A stretch of DNA of 64,000 bases from Vicugna vicugna (Eukaryota). Positions within the stretch are counted from its first letter, which is position 1. Each line of letters opens with the position of its first letter. The notes under the pieces are model-generated. The model did no database searches and had not been told where the DNA came from. It saw only the letters and a list, made by a program, of their open reading frames with translations. Made by a program: the position numbers and the translations under genes. This document shows, piece by piece, positions 15,700 to 27,335 of the stretch. The DNA lies in the NCBI GenBank assembly GCA_013265495.1, contig MU058065.1, positions 6,696,302-6,760,301 on the forward strand, given 5' to 3'.

Positions 15700-16280
15700 T
15701 CTCCGGCACCCCTCCTCAGTCCCCTTTCCCAGCGCGTCTGCCTTCCCGAGCCCTGCATCCCGCCAGAGCCCGGCACAAACCCGATTCGGAAGAGCAGTCG
15801 CTTGCTACGCGCCATGAACAGGCCGCGGAGGGTCCGCCGCGCTCGGCAGCTGCGGGGGCTGGCGAGCAGTACCAGGACGAGGAGCAGCAGCCCGCAGCTG
15901 GCGACCCACAGCCACGGCGCAGGCCAGCCTTGCCAGGCCATGCTGGGGGCAGGCGCCCGCGGCGGGCCAGGGGGCGGGGCGGGGCGTTGCTAGGCGACGG
16001 CTCAGCCCAGGCCCCCACACGGGGAACCTGCGGGGTTGGGGCCCCGCCCCCTGCGCCGGCCCGCTGAAGGACTGGGGGCGTTTTGGCCCCGCCCCGTCAT
16101 TGACTCGCAGTGGAACCCGCCCACTTGCCGCACTCGGCCGGGCGCACGCCCCGAGTGCCACAGGGCAGGAGGCAGCCTGGCCCCGCCCCCGGCTGGCCGG
16201 CCAGGAGGCGGGGCTGGAGCGGGCCTCTGACAAGCGCTAATCCCGGTATACGATCCGCAGAGTCCCGGGCTGGCCCCATA
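15700..16280 (-). promoter_or_regulatory. CpG island / internal promoter of PNKD-M
   Basis: High CpG density; several GGGGCGGGG/CCCCGCCCC Sp/KLF boxes immediately upstream of the ATG at 15941. Confidence 0.8.
15781..15941 (-). CDS. PNKD: PNKD medium-isoform alternative first coding exon (161 nt)
   Basis: MAWQGWPAPWLWVASCGLLLLVLVLLASPRSCRARRTLRGLFMARSKRLLFRI(G) resembles the PNKD-M N-terminus; GG|gtttgt phase-2 donor; lies in a CpG island. Confidence 0.9.
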
Positions 16281-19200
16281 CCCTCCCACCTTCCCTCAAC
16301 AGGGAACTCAAGGAGAGGCCCTGGAATGGTCCTCTTGGCGGGAAACCATAGCTTCGTAAACTTTTTCAGCTGGAAGGTTGCTACCTGGGAGATCACATGG
16401 TTCAGCTGCCATTCATTCATTTATTCATTCACTGAATTAATTTTCTGTGTCCTCCTTTGTGCCAGGCACTATGCCAGGCTCTGAGGATGCAAGGGTCAAA
16501 GATACAGTGTCTGCATTCCTGGAGCTACCGTCTAGAATCTAGTGGAGAAACCAACCAAATAAGCAAACAAATATAATTATATATGTATTTATCTATGTTT
16601 ATACATACACACGTTTACATATACACATACATACCTACCTGTGTGTGATTACAAATTATGGTGCTATAAAGAAAGCAAACAGAGGGTGCAATGAAATGGA
16701 GGACAGAGAGGGCCAGTTTAGATGGGAGAGGGCCTCCCTGAGCAGGTGACATGTGAAACATGCCCCGAAAGATAAGAGGCCACAGAGGCTGAGAGAGAGT
16801 GATTTGACCAAGATTATACAGCAATGCGTGGCAGAGGCAGCAATAGGACCCAAGGTATCCCAACTCCCAAGCCCAGTGGGATTTCCACATCACTAACCCA
16901 CCTCCCTCACCATGCTGCCTTCCGGATGGGTCCAGAAGTTGTTAAGGTCAGCAGGTTGGAAGTACATGTAAAGACAGTCATGGTGACATCTACATATTCA
17001 GGTAAACCAGAGCTAGGGCTGGGCTTCTTCTGGCTCCAACCTCAGCCCTGGCCCAGCACAGGGAGGAAAGCAAATCAGCAAAGAGTGAAGGTAGCTATCT
17101 CTCCCGCTGGGATGGGAGATGGTTAGGGAGGGCATCAGGTGAAGGAATGCCCATTTTCTCCCAACCACACATTTTCTCTTTCCCTCTGATGTACTCTGAT
17201 TAGATAGTTTGACTGAGTCCCCAGTGTGGAGTGTTCAGAGGTATAGGATCATTACACACAGTTAATTGGAGGCCTCTTCCCTGCCCCATAGAAAAGCTAA
17301 AAAATGGGTTAAATTATCCCTAAACTGAATTGTAATCCCAAAACCTAATCCCCGGTTTCATTCAGTAACCCTAGATGTGGCGTTTCTCTTAGGCGGATAT
17401 ATCTTAAGGGCCAGAGCTATAGCCTGTTTCTTCCCTGTTTCCTTACCCACAGTTCAGCTTTTTCTCACTGCTTGGTACATAAAAGTTCTCAATAAACAAG
17501 AACCAGAATTGAATTAAACCCCTGTGTGTGCTGCGGAGGAGGTGGAGGGGTGAGAAGACTGACAAGCTAGTTTTTAGAAAGCCCTTCTAGGTCAAGGGAG
17601 CTTGCATGTCTCTAAGCCCATGTCTACACATGCAAAGTGGAGAATTACGGAACCTTGTCAAAAGTCACTGTGAACACACCTTTCTTCAGGTAAGGCTGTG
17701 CCAGGTCTTATGCTGAGAAATTAAAACTCGGTCCCTGTCATCTGAAACAGGAAATGCAGGTTCAAGCATGAGCCTGCAGTGATACAGAGATGACTGAATC
17801 CTAACTCTAACCTCACACTACACACACATTTACAAGACTATAGATAATCATTCAAGATGTGTTTTATGAAATGCATGGAGCTGGACAGGGCTGGGTGCAA
17901 GGAGTGAGGGTGTTTTGAGGGACTCATGCCGGCCTGGGAAGCTATCCTCCCCTCCCCTGGACTGTTCTGGAAGACTTCCAACGTCTCCAAATGTGCTTTG
18001 GTTACACCTCCTCTTCCATAAGAACCTTCAGTCCCAGCTTGAGTGATGCTTCATTATTCACCCTTCTGATAATACCTCACTGCTTTCTATTGTCTATTTG
18101 GTTTGGAGGGGGCCAGCATTGCCAGGCTAAGGTCTGCTCTGCAACTTTCCTAGGAAAGACCCATTAATAACCCAGGTCACATGACTGCCAGTCATGCAGT
18201 TATGGCCTGTGATGTGGGGGTTGTAGAGCTTAACTCACAAAGAGCAAGGCTCTATCCTGCTTACCGGGGTGGGGGTGGGTGTTCTCAAGTCTGCCCCCTA
18301 TCCATTTGCCATCTCAGTCTGTCTGTCTCTGGTGTCTGTCCTGCCTTCCCATCTGGCCTGGGATGAAGAGCTTACTTTCATATTTGCATCGTATCTCAGG
18401 CTTGATGCCTGGTGCTCGGCTGACACTCAGGAAATAAGAGCATTGATGATGATGATAACAACAATGACAATGACACAATCATGGAGTTGAGATGGTTAGA
18501 GTTGTTTGGATGTTAGAGAGAAAAGACATATCATTGGACCAGGGTGGAGAATTTAGTTCAGTTTAGAAAAGTGAGCCAAGTACAGAAGTGACTAGGATAA
18601 TCTGGCCCCGACTCAGCCCAGACCCACTCACGTCAGTCATCATCTGCTGCTCTAGCCTCAAGCTCACCATCGCATTGTGGACTTCCTTCTGAGCCACTGT
18701 GCTGTACACGCTGAACCTCTGGTTTGGTTGGAAACAAATCCCCCCACATCCTCTGCCTTCTCACGCCCTGCCCTGCCCTGCCCTGCGCTGATGAATGTGA
18801 CCCTACCTTCCATTTCCTTCCTCTCCCCTGCTGTCCTACCTTTTAGAGGGGGAACCTCCAGCCTCCTACGTTTGCCTTGTGCCATTTCAGTTCAAGAATA
18901 TTGTTCCTCCTGCCTGATTTAAAAGCTTTTCGCCACCTGCTCATCAGTCCAGCTATGGACCCAGCCCAGACTCGAGGAGTTAGCTACCGGTTTTCAGTCT
19001 TCCTGCCTAATTCTTGCCATCAGGTAATTCTTATATGCACGGCTCATTCAACATTTTAGTTCAGCAGGTCTCAAATTTTAGGAAATCTAAGAACAACTCC
19101 GCTTACTAAAATCCAGAATCCTGGGCCCTTCCTTCAGAGATTCAGATTCAGTAGGTCTGGCTGGGGCCCAGAGAATCTCCATTTTTGCATAGGTGATTCT

Positions 19201-19989
19201 GAACTCTGCTTTGGCCTCAGTCCCTGACCTCAGTTCCAAGGCCTTTAATTCAATTCAATAGCCCGCTCACATGGTCACACCCTGGATCCTCCTGGAATGT
19301 TTCAACCTCTGAGAACCTAAACTATAGTGTCCTCCTCTCTGACCCCCTTATTCTCACTACATCCTCCTCCATCTCTAGTCTCTCAAACATTTGTTTTCTT
19401 CCAGCCCTTCAGCCCCTCCTGCCCACATGTCTTCCCCCCAGGTGAGAACCTGGGTTCAGTCCCTTGAACTATTTCTAACCTTAGCCTCCATACCAGCGTG
19501 TTCCAACCTGACAATCCACTTTTTTACTGCTCCAACCTCATGGACAGAGCTGGAGAAAATGGCGTCCCATGAATCAGGGCCTCTACAATTCAGACTTTAT
19601 TGGGTCCCCCAAACACTAATGCTTGGCCGAGCTTTTATTTGCTGAGACCTCCTTTCATTATCCACAGTTGTTATTGGAAACCCCAATTCCAGCTCCAATT
19701 CCTTTGCTTTCAGCCAGTATCCTTCTTAGAGGAAATAAATTCTAAGTCCAGCCACCCCTCTACAAATTTGGCTTCTCATCTATGAATTTTTAGAGGAAGT
19801 ACTATCAGCTCCTCTTGCTTGCTAATATCTTCAAGTAATGTTTCTCCTGGCTGCCACTTTTCCTTACCCTATGAGCAAACTCAAGTATCTCCCTGCCTTA
19901 AAAAATTTCCCCTGACTTTGGTTCCCTCTCTAGATTCTGTTCTGCCTTTATCTCAGCACAACTGAGTTTCCTGAAAGGCTGTCTCCGTG

Positions 19990-20460
19990 GGTGTGGTAGA
20001 TTGCATTTTGGTTCTCAATTCTTCGTCTCTCCCTGGAAACACACCCTTCACCATGTGTCTATGCACTATTTCCGTGGAGGTGCAATATATTTCCCCTACA
20101 CCAGTGATGTTGTACTTACTCTTGTGACTTGCTTTGGCCAATAGAAAGTTAGCAGACATGATACAAGCAGAGGTCTTAAATGTGCTGTTATGGTTGAACT
20201 TGGTCTCTGGATCTGTGCCTTTCACCGTGAGAAGATCCCTAGGGTAGTTAGTTGCTGGTCTAAGAGAAAGAAAGACACATGGAGGCGACCTGACCCCACT
20301 CACAGCTTGGAAGCCAGCCCAGCCCAGCAGAGCCCAGCCTAGATGAGCCGAAACAGACTGCCCACAGATGCTTAAGTAAGAAATACATGTTTACTGTTGT
20401 ATGCCTCTCAGTTTTAGATTTGCTCGTTATGCAGCATTATTGCAACAATAGCTAACAGAG
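19990..20460 (+). mobile_element. MLT1-type MaLR LTR
   Basis: tgtggtagattgcat...gtgacttgctttggccaat...ttatgcagcattattgcaacaatagctaacagagaca. Confidence 0.65.
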
Positions 20461-20479
20461 ACAGTGAGAAACAAAAAGA

Positions 20480-21690
20480 TTAGTTATTAATGGTGTTGAA
20501 AAGACAAGGTGTTTGGATAACTGGTTAGCTAGTTGGAAAAGAGCAATTTAGACCCATGCCTCACAGAGTACACCAAAATAAATTTCAGGTGAATTATAAT
20601 GTTAAGGACATATAATTAAGCCATACAAAATTAGAAGAAAATGAAATACATGTCCAACCTCTGAACAGTGGAAGATTTATTTCCTCTATAAAAGCAATAG
20701 AAGTGTTTTTCTAATTTTCTTTAATAGGCATATGTTACTTTTAAACTCAGAAAAAAAGCAACTGAAGATCTAACAAGGGTCTGGCTCCTCAAAAAAATTT
20801 AAACCTTCTCTATGTTAAGAAACAACACAAACAAAAGAAAAAGCCAAAAAAAAATTGTGGAAAACAGTTGCCTCAAATTTGTCAAATAGTTAATCTACTT
20901 AACATGTAAAGACCTTAAAAAAGTGAAAAAATACAAAGACCTCAATTAATACAGGGTTAAATAGCTAGTCTGCATGAAACAAGTTAAACTTCAAAAAAAT
21001 CAAGAAAGTGCAAGGTAAACAATGAGATAAGATTTTCATCTATCAGAATAGAAGAGATTAAAGACAGTAATAAAATTCTGGAGGTTTCTAGGAATATGGG
21101 AAGGTGAGTACTCATACATTGCTTCTGGGGTGTCATTGGTACAATTTTCTAGAAAACAATTCCCAATACACATCAAGGCTTTAAAAATATTCACATTCTT
21201 TGATTCAGTAATTCCGTTTTAGAGATCTGCCTGAAAGATCTGCCTCGAAGATACCATTTGAAATGTACACAGTGGTGACTGTAAGCAGCGTACAGGTCTG
21301 GCAGCAAGGGAAGAGTTAGGTTCTATGAACCTTTGCTTGGCTTTAAAATGGTATTCGTAACTAGAACACAATGCAATGCATGATCCTGGATTGGCTCCTG
21401 CACTAGAAAAAAAGACAGTAAGGGGACAATTAGCAAAATTTGAAAAATGATTGCAGCGAAGTTTTTAGAATTGTATCAATGCTAATTTCCTGGTTTTGAT
21501 ACTAACACTGTAGTTAAGTTAGATGTGAACATTTGGGGAAGCTAGGTGGCTGGTGTATGGGACCCCCTTGTACTTTTTTGTAAATATTTTGTATACCTGA
21601 AATAACTTCAAAATAAAAAGTTAAGAAAACCAAAATGCACACAAATAGAGTTGTGTTCATATGTCAATAAACATTGTTTAAAAAAAGCAA
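20480..21690 (+). mobile_element. Degraded L1M fragments (AT-rich)
   Basis: A-rich ORF2/3'UTR-like tracts (cacagagtacaccaaaataaatttcagg; gatcctggattggctcctg). Confidence 0.55.
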
Positions 21691-21696
21691 TAAAGA

Positions 21697-22465
21697 TGTG
21701 GTAGATCCTGTTGGTCAATTAATATCCATTTTCTACTCTCCCTTTTTTCCTTATTAACCCCTGTTTTGTTTATGAACCCATAGCTTCCAAGTGAGTCCCT
21801 CCCCAGCCCTGGTGGGCAAATCTTGATTGGCTCAAGCCAGTTGGTGCTCTTATTGTCTTGCCAAGTGATTGGTTAGACCCAGGAATATGATGCAATTCCT
21901 GCCACAAGATAATAATAGCAAATATTTATATAGCACAAATCATGTGCCAGGCACTGTTCTCAGTTCTTTACACAGATTAACTGTCAGCTCTCACAATAAC
22001 CCTATGAATCAAATATGGTTATAATTCCCACTGCACAGATAAGAATGCTGGGGCACTCAGAGATTAAGTCAATTGCTTCAGGTCACATGGTGATTTGCTT
22101 CAGGTTGAGATTGAGAGGGAAATAGGTTGGAGGCTTTCTAAAAAGATTTTCCTAGTTGTCAAAAAGGGATGTAATAAGGCTTTGCTCTTTTCTTGCTCTA
22201 GGATGCTGTCATCTGCCTGTGATGCCTGGGACTACAGCAGCCATTTTAGGACTATGAGGGAGCAGCCTAAGAGGCTATTCCAACAGTTGAAGATGGCAGA
22301 GCAAAAGTGAGGATGGAACTAGTGTCCCTGAAGACACAACTGAGCCTCTGAATTAACCAGTCTGAATTGGCCCCTGGACTTCTTGTTATGTGAGATAAAA
22401 ATTGTCATTGTTTTAACCACTTTTAGTTGCGTTTTTTGATACTTGCAGCCCAAAACACCCAAACT
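21697..22465 (+). mobile_element. MLT1-type LTR with an internal MIR fragment
   Basis: gcagccattttaggactatgagg...ggacttcttgttatgtgagataaa...acttgcagccc. Confidence 0.55.
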
Positions 22466-22595
22466 AGTACTGTGGGTAAACTTTACATTTTGATTTAAAG
22501 TGGGAGAAAAAACAGGATACAAAATTGTATAAATTTTGTGTAATTAATATAATTGCTGCTAACAAAAATGCTTAGAAAAGTGTCTAAAATGCTAT

Positions 22596-22720
22596 GGGTA
22601 AAGCCCATGCCTAGCATGCACAAGGTCCTGAGTTCAATCCCCAGTACCTCCATTAAAAATAAATAAATAAGAACCTAATTAGCCTCCACCAAAGAAAAAC
22701 AAACAAACAAACAAAATAAA
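22596..22720 (+). mobile_element. 5'-truncated Vic-1-like SINE
   Basis: agcatgcacaaggtcctgagttcaatccccagtacctcc, (CAAA)n tail, 11-bp TSD taaaatgctat (22585-22595 / 22721-22731). Confidence 0.85.
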
Positions 22721-24444
22721 TAAAATGCTATCAGTGATGATCTTTGATTGATGGGCTCATGGGATATTGCTTGGTTTTTTTTTATTCTTTATAAAAAACA
22801 TTTTCTGACCTTCTATAATGAAAATGTATTACTATTTTAATGTAAAAAGTATTATTTTATTAAAACAAAGAAAAGAGTCCTCCTTGCTGTCTCTACCTTC
22901 ACTTCACATCTGTTCTCTCACCATTCCATTCTAATTTGGCTCTGATCCCTTGGTCCTCAAACCCATTTGTCACTGTTCAATCCTTGTCACTTAACCTCGG
23001 GACAGAGCCTTCTTTCCTCACCTTCCCTGTTGGTCTCTTCTGGTTCTCTTGTCACATCCCTTACAGGCTTCCCCTGATTTCAGCTATCACTCGATATGTC
23101 TCATTATTCCCAAGAGAAGGGTCCACCCTAGCTTCTGTCTCAAGCTCCAAACCTAAATGCCATCCTTTTCCTGGTCATCTCCAGGTGGGACAGGGGAGGG
23201 GGGAGGGGGTCTTAGTCTCTTTTTCTGCAAAAGGGACTGATAATCTGTCCCGAGCTATTTTGAGGATTAACTGCTATTACCCAAGTAAAGGACGCAGTGC
23301 CCAGTTCATTGCAAGTGCTCCCTCAGTGTTCATTGATGTTATTGTACCTTGTATCATTCTTGGAACATTAAAGTCTGCTTCTTGTGGGTGCTCAGCCATC
23401 ACTTGAAGTTGGGTCCTTGAGTCCTAACATGTAGTCCACTGTGGACACCCCCAGCCCCCGTCCACCTTACATAGATTATCAGAAAAAGCCTTTGGAAGCC
23501 CAGCTCTGAATCAGGTCTGCCCCCTGCTCAAAGCCAGTGTCTGCACCTTTAAATTCACATGGCTTGGTTTAGCAATAAGGTCTCAACCCAGTTTTCTAGT
23601 GTTTTGCACTCCCACTGCTCCCTTTCACGTGCTTCGTTTTCAGTCAGCCTGCACCAGTCGCTGTCCTGGGCCTTTGCCCCCTGACACCTGGGGTTCCACA
23701 CCTGGAGAAATCCTTTCAGGCTCACACCCGAGGTGATCTAAGACACTCCAGGAGTAACTGTAACTAATTAAGGCCTAGATTCTCAGTCTGGGGAGTTTTG
23801 CAGGCTCTCCCAGGGGGAGGAAGGGAGGAGGGTGAATTCTTGCCCAGGGAGACTGACGTGCCCTACCTGTGAGTACAGCTCTTTTAAAGCTACAAGTAAA
23901 TCCTAAATCCTACTTTCAAGTCCTCTTTGAAGCCCCTTCTGATCACCACAACTCTTTGCAATGCCAGGGCACTACTCTACCTCTAGACTGGAAAACACCT
24001 GCTACCTCGTAGTCAAAAAGAAATGAATGGTTTGAAAAGTAACCCTAACTACTTTCCATTTTGAACTACGGGGGAGTCCATCTGGGGCAGCCACTGTGTC
24101 TCCTTTACAGGACTGTGGCCTCCCTGCAGGCAGAAATGGTGCCCTATGCTCCCTGGCCACTCCTCCCCTCAGCACCCAGCACCACGCATTGCAGAGACAT
24201 AAGTGCTCAGGTGCAGGGCACAGAGGAAGAACAGAACCAACATGTATGACTGTCTACTATACACTAGATGTGCACCAAGCCTTCCCATGTGTTATTTCAT
24301 CATCCTAAGGTAACAGTGTCCTCACGTTAGAGATGAACACACTGGCTGAGAGGCTAAGTTCCCCATCACAGAGCTAGTAAGTGACAGAGCTAGATCCGGT
24401 CCTGGTTTTATCTGACTCCAGAGTCCAGGCTCTTTCCATTGATA

Positions 24445-24950
24445 CTGTGTTGTCAGCCAGGGTAGGGAGTGGTTCAGTCAGAGTCTGCCAGGAAATAGAT
24501 GACACTCTCCAACAGGTAACGGGAGGAGAGCTTTATGGAAGAACTACTCTTCAGGTGATGTACAAGGTACAGGAAACACAAGGGACAGTGTAGTTCCCCA
24601 GGGCTACTGATGGTGGGGCTCTGGCACCACCTCAAGGCCTGACAGGGGAGGGGAGGGAGCAGTTACGGAACTTGGAGGGAAAGAGCTGTGTGGACAGGGC
24701 CACTTGACTGGAGTTATGACATTTGGTTGTGGGATGAGCCAGTCTGTGGTGACCCTTCGGGAGGGAGAAGAGCAAATACCCCAGCCCCACTGTCTCCTTG
24801 CTGCCCCTCTCCTGGGGGGCTCTCCACTGGCCAAACCTAACTGAAGCTGGAGGACAAAGGGTCCACTGCTGTGTCCACCCAGACCAGCCCTGAGCACAGT
24901 GAAGGATGGAGACAGGCATGGGGGGCAAATGGAAGGTGGCCAGCCAGACA
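24445..24950. mobile_element. MLT1K/L-like MaLR LTR
   Basis: ggccaaacctaactgaagctggaggacaaaggg...ggggcaaatggaag resembles old MLT1 consensus. Confidence 0.55.
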
Positions 24951-25416
24951 AGTCCAGGGAAGATACGTGCACTAGGGTGGCTGTTGGGTGGGGGGAAGTA
25001 TTGACCCTTCAGAGGTGAAGGCTGGATACCACCTTTCATCCAATGACTGAGACAGCTCCTAACTGGCTTCCCTGCTCACATGTTCCACCCCTACATTCCA
25101 TTTTCCACTTAGAACCAGAGGTTTTTAAAAGATACAGCCCAAATCATGTCCCTCTCCTACTCAAAACCATTCAATGGCTTCCCCATAGGGTAAGACCCCA
25201 AATCCTTAACAAGGCCCAAGAGGCCCTGCAGATCTGGCCCTGCCCACCTCCCCAGTCTCCTTGTAGGTCATGTCCAGTGCTTACCACTTCCTAGGTACAT
25301 GAGTCTCCTTGAAGTTTCTAGAACACCTCAAACTCTTTCAACTTCTGGGCAGCTTCCACAGCCCTCCCATAGCTTGTTCACTCAGAGAATAATAAATGCA
25401 TGCCTGCCACTGCGTG

Positions 25417-25678
25417 CGCGTGTGCACACACACACACACATATATTCCCATACATGCACCATACAATGTACACACATACCACATAGACACATATACCATA
25501 AATACACCCATTCCATACACATATACACACATACACATATATACCACACATGCACATGTACAAACACACATACATACCATACACACGTCCATATCATACA
25601 CACACACACACACACGCTACACACACAGACCATACACACATTCATACCATATATACACCCAAAACACACACACACACT
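25417..25678. repeat. Degenerate (CA)/(TA) low-complexity microsatellite inside an L2 fragment (~25020-26092)
   Basis: About 260 bp of cacacatatacac-type repeats. Confidence 0.9.
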
Positions 25679-26320
25679 GCCTGTGTGACTCAGGCTACTC
25701 CTTGATGCCACTTTCTCAGAGCAGCTGCCTGGGCCTCTGAATCCAAACGAGGTCCCTGTGTGCTGTTCTCTTGGGTGCTGAGTCCACTTTCCCTCAGTGC
25801 AGGTATTACCGTTACTAACTGTATATTTACTTGTGAGGTTAGTGGCTAATGTCTGTCTTCCCCACTGGTTGCTCATCCTGCAACCAAAGGTCAACAAATG
25901 CGGTCAGGTGGCCCTGTTCACACAGCTCCCCTCCAAGTTCCATAACTGCTCCCTCCCCTCACCTGTCAGGCCTCGAGCCCTCGGGAAGCGACAGGAGGGC
26001 AGGGGCTGTGTTTATTTTATTCACTCTTTCCCCCCCACTGCTCAGCACAGTGCCCAGCACAGAGCTAGCCCGTAAGAAATATTTGCTGAGTTAGTGTCAA
26101 AGGGCTGCGTTGAATCCTGGCTCTGCCACTCCTAACTGAGCCCATGAAGATGCTGTTGTACTGCTCTGAGATAAGTTCCTTAAGTTAACTTTTTATTATG
26201 GTGAACGTAAAACATCTGAACAAAGCAGAGAAAACAGCAGGGGCTCTCACGTCCCATTTCCTAGCTTCAACACTGGTCAACTTGTGCGTTTGATTTCTTT
26301 ACCTGCAGACAAGGGAGATT

Positions 26321-26540
26321 AGAGTGATTTTCAGACTTTTTTAACCCTGATTCACCGTAAGAAAGACATTTTCCACTGAGACCCAAACACAATATACGTA
26401 TAAATACAACTGAAACAAAGTTACACAAAACAATAACAATGCTTATATTCTCATTTTTTCTAGTCTTTTTTTAAAATGTTGGTATGACCCACTTAACTGA
26501 TCTAACTAATGAGTCATGATCAGCAGTATAAAAAGCATTG
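26321..26540. mobile_element. MER119-like hAT element
   Basis: gtaagaaagacatttt...tatgacccacttaactga...agtataaaaagcattg. Confidence 0.5.
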
Positions 26541-26827
26541 CACTGAATGATCTTCCATTAACCTAGAAAATTGTTAGGGTTTCCCCCCTTTTTTTTTGCC
26601 AAGGGATGATAGCCATATCCTGCCCTCTAGTGGTCAGATTTGGGAACTGATCGTGTCTTCCTAGAGGTCAAGTTTTATCCTGGGACTAACTTCTTTTCAC
26701 TAAAAAGTATTGAGTGGAGGCTCTAGGCTAGGCATCTGAGGTGGTGGGATCTGAGCTGAATTACAGCATAGACCCTGCCCACAAGAGTCTTCCCCCAATT
26801 GATGACCATAGCATAAGTACTCTAGAT

Positions 26828-27335
26828 CTGTGCTGTCCAATGTGGTAGCCACTAGCCACATGTGGCCATTGAGTACTTAAAATATGGCCAGTGCAACTGA
26901 GAAATGTAATATTAATATTATTTATTTCTAATTCATTTACATTTAAATATAAAAATCGATATTTATTTCAGTGACTGGAAAACACTCAGATATGTTTGGA
27001 ACAACCTGGGAATGATTGTGAATCTACATTTTCAGCTATACATTTTATAAAATCTAAATAAAGATACAGTATTTCTGATGAAAATTTAACATCCAAATCA
27101 AGATGTGCTCTAAATGTAAACTACATACTGGATTTCAAAGACCTATCATGAAAAAAAAATCTCAATAATTTTTTATTGACTATATGTTGAAATAATAATA
27201 TTTTTAGATATGTTGGGTTAAATAAATACATTACTAAAATTAAATTCACCTGTTTATTTTTAATTTTTAAATGTGGCTACTGGAAAATTAAAAATGACTC
27301 ATTGGTTCACATTATATTTCTATTGGACAGCACTT
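26828..27335. mobile_element. Charlie1/MER33-type hAT non-autonomous transposon
   Basis: Terminal inverted repeats gtgctgtccaat (26830-26841) and attggacagcac (27322-27333). Confidence 0.75.

Noticed and set aside
15304..15993. 229-aa plus-strand ORF
   Set aside because: Antisense shadow of the GC-rich PNKD-M exon
25299..25897. His/Thr- and Cys/Val-rich ORFs
   Set aside because: Translations of the CA/TA microsatellite
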